A stretch of 63,516 nt of DNA, filler included, from Octopus bimaculoides (Eukaryota), in NCBI RefSeq assembly GCF_001194135.2. It is 5 parts of 5 records of this genome, joined end to end, with 100 filler letters (N's around TTAATTAATTAA, not from the genome) between each part and the next. Parts side by side here need not be neighbours in the genome. Positions count along the whole stretch, not along the records: positions 59,971 to 63,516 come from NW_026429884.1; 4 more parts are not named here. One strand, given 5' to 3'. Shown piece by piece: positions 61,552-63,516 of this stretch. Under the pieces are notes generated by a model. That model saw only the letters and a list, made by a program, of their open reading frames with translations. It was not told the origin of the DNA and searched no databases. The translations under genes were made by a program, and so were the position numbers. Each line of letters begins with the position of its first letter. Positions within the stretch are counted from its first letter, which is position 1.

Positions 61552-63516
61552 GCATGTATATAAATATGTATCTATAAAGCGTATTCATATACATACATAT
61601 ATATTTTTACTATTATATGCACACGTATGTACAAAAACATATAACCGCACGTATATACACAAACAGGCGCGCGCGCACACACACACACACACCACATATA
61701 TACATGTACATATGTGCATATATGATAGTAATAGGATATGGATAATCTGTACATCATGCACGGTCTATCTTTTTCAAGAAGCGGGCCGCACGAGGCATAG
61801 CTCAGTAGACGGGCCGCACCTCTGAAAAAACAATTCATAGTAGTTTGTCATTAGGCATGTCATTCAGAAAGTTCTCCGGGTTGTATGCGAACCCCGTTTG
61901 TCTGGTTCATGATGTTTACAAAATTTTGTTGGTCTTTCTACACGGAAAAGTTAGTGCCTGTACACAAGCGTGCATGTGTTTTTTTGTGTTTGTGTATGTA
62001 TGTATGAATATGTCTGGATGCGTGTGACTGTGTGTGTGTGTATGTGTGTGTGTGTGTGTGTGTATTTGTGTGTACGTGTGCTGTGTTTGTATGTGTGTGT
62101 GTATTTTTGTTTTTTATTTGTAGTATGTTTGTGTGTCTGTGTCTGTGTGTGTGCATGCGTGTGTTGAAAAGCCACAGAGACAGAACCCGGAAAATAAATC
62201 TGAGTTTTATTAGGCGGTTTCTGCGATTTGAACGCNNNNNNNNNNNNNNNNNNNNNNNNNNNNNNNNNNNNNNNNNNNNNNNNNNNNNNNNNNNNNNNNN
62301 NNNNNNNNNNNNNNNNNNNNNNNNNNNNNNNNNNNNNNNNNNNNNNNNNNNNNNNNNNNNNNNNNNNNNNNNNNNNNNNNNNNNNNNNNNNNNNNNNNNN
62401 NNNNNNNNNNNNNNNNNNNNNNNNNNNNNNNNNNNNNNNNNNNNNNNNNNNNNNNNNNNNNNNNNNNNNNNNNNNNNNNNNNNNNNNNNNNNNNNNNNNN
62501 NNNNNNNNNNNNNNNNNNNNNNNNNNNNNNNNNNNNNNNNNNNNNNNNNNNNNNNNNNNNNNNNNNNNNNNNNNNNNNNNNNNNNNNNNNNNNNNNNNNN
62601 NNNNNNNNNNNNNNNNNNNNNNNNNNNNNNNNNNNNNNNNNNNNNNNNNNNNNNNNNNNNNNNNNNNNNNNNNNNNNNNNNNNNNNNNNNNNNNNNNNNN
62701 NNNNNNNNNNNNNNNNNNNNNNNNNNNNNNNNNNNNNNNNNNNNNNNNNNNNNNNNNNNNNNNNNNNNNNNNNNNNNNNNNNNNNNNNNNNNNNNNNNNN
62801 NNNNNNNNNNNNNNNNNNNNGTGTGTGCGTGCGCACATGCCTGTGTGTTTATGTTTGTAACGGAGAAAAGAGGCCAGGAAGTGATTAAGTTTGAACGCAT
62901 TATTTCTTCCTCTGCTGTGATTTGAACGCATGTTTCAATGAGAAAGTGACACAGAATCTGCGTGTGTTTGTGTGTGTATATATGAATGTGTGCGCATGTG
63001 TGTGTATGTGTGTGTGTGTGTGCATGTGTTTTCCATGTGTCTACAAGGCATGCATAGCTGTGCTGAGATATGTGAGTGTATGTGAGCACATACGTGTTTT
63101 TGTTCGTATGTGGTTGCGTGTGTGTGTGAAGTCTCGGCCTGTGTTGCAACTTATCTCTGTGTCTGTGTGTTCGTCTCTATACTAAATTCGAGGTGAGTAT
63201 ACGCATGTCTGTACATAGTGAGACAGTGTTTACATATGTATCTAAATAGCGTGTGTGTATGTTATGTGTGTGTGTGTGTGTGCATCTGCATGTGCTGTAA
63301 GGTACTGTGTTTATATGTGTGTGTGTGTGTGTGTATTTATAGTGACGTAGGGCTATTTTATATTTTTCATTTAAACACAGACTATATTTCGTTATGTAGT
63401 GTGCCGTTCCTCTTTCAACATGTTCTTTGGTAATTTGAGGGAAATATCATTGGGATTTCAAGAAGGTAGATCCCATGTGGATCATATCTATGCATGTGTG
63501 TATGAGTGTGTGTGTG

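Noticed and set aside
61770-61830. Twin GGGCCGCA motifs as a regulatory or hAT subterminal signal
   Set aside because: Only two short motifs, with no TIR or TSD found.

Overview
Eukaryotic, AT-rich, microsatellite- and transposon-dense DNA, most consistent with an Octopus short-read assembly (inferred from recalled SINE families and repeat style, not from a database search). Four identical 100-bp spacers (44 N + TTAATTAATTAA + 44 N) split the window into five joined pieces, so neighbours across them may not be true neighbours. I recognise no complete host gene; only isolated candidate exons are visible (best: 13426-13501). Recognisable content is almost all mobile DNA: three tRNA-derived SINE families, several RTE LINE fragments plus one near full-length RTE, a decayed Tx1/L1-clade element, a Dong/R4-type RLE element interrupted by a complete decayed piggyBac (TTAA TSD, TIRs), piggyBac- and hAT-type MITEs, mariner ends and a Helitron helicase C-terminus. 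Most notable: (1) two Penelope-like inverted-repeat structures carrying minimal type I hammerhead ribozymes, one enclosing a tRNA-like Pol III promoter and a (TAA)n tract; (2) a 365-codon open gag/ORF1-like zinc-knuckle ORF with a candidate 5'-UTR intron; (3) a LINE 3' module encoding three C2H2-like fingers, present twice; (4) a candidate exon enclosed by an inverted SINE pair.
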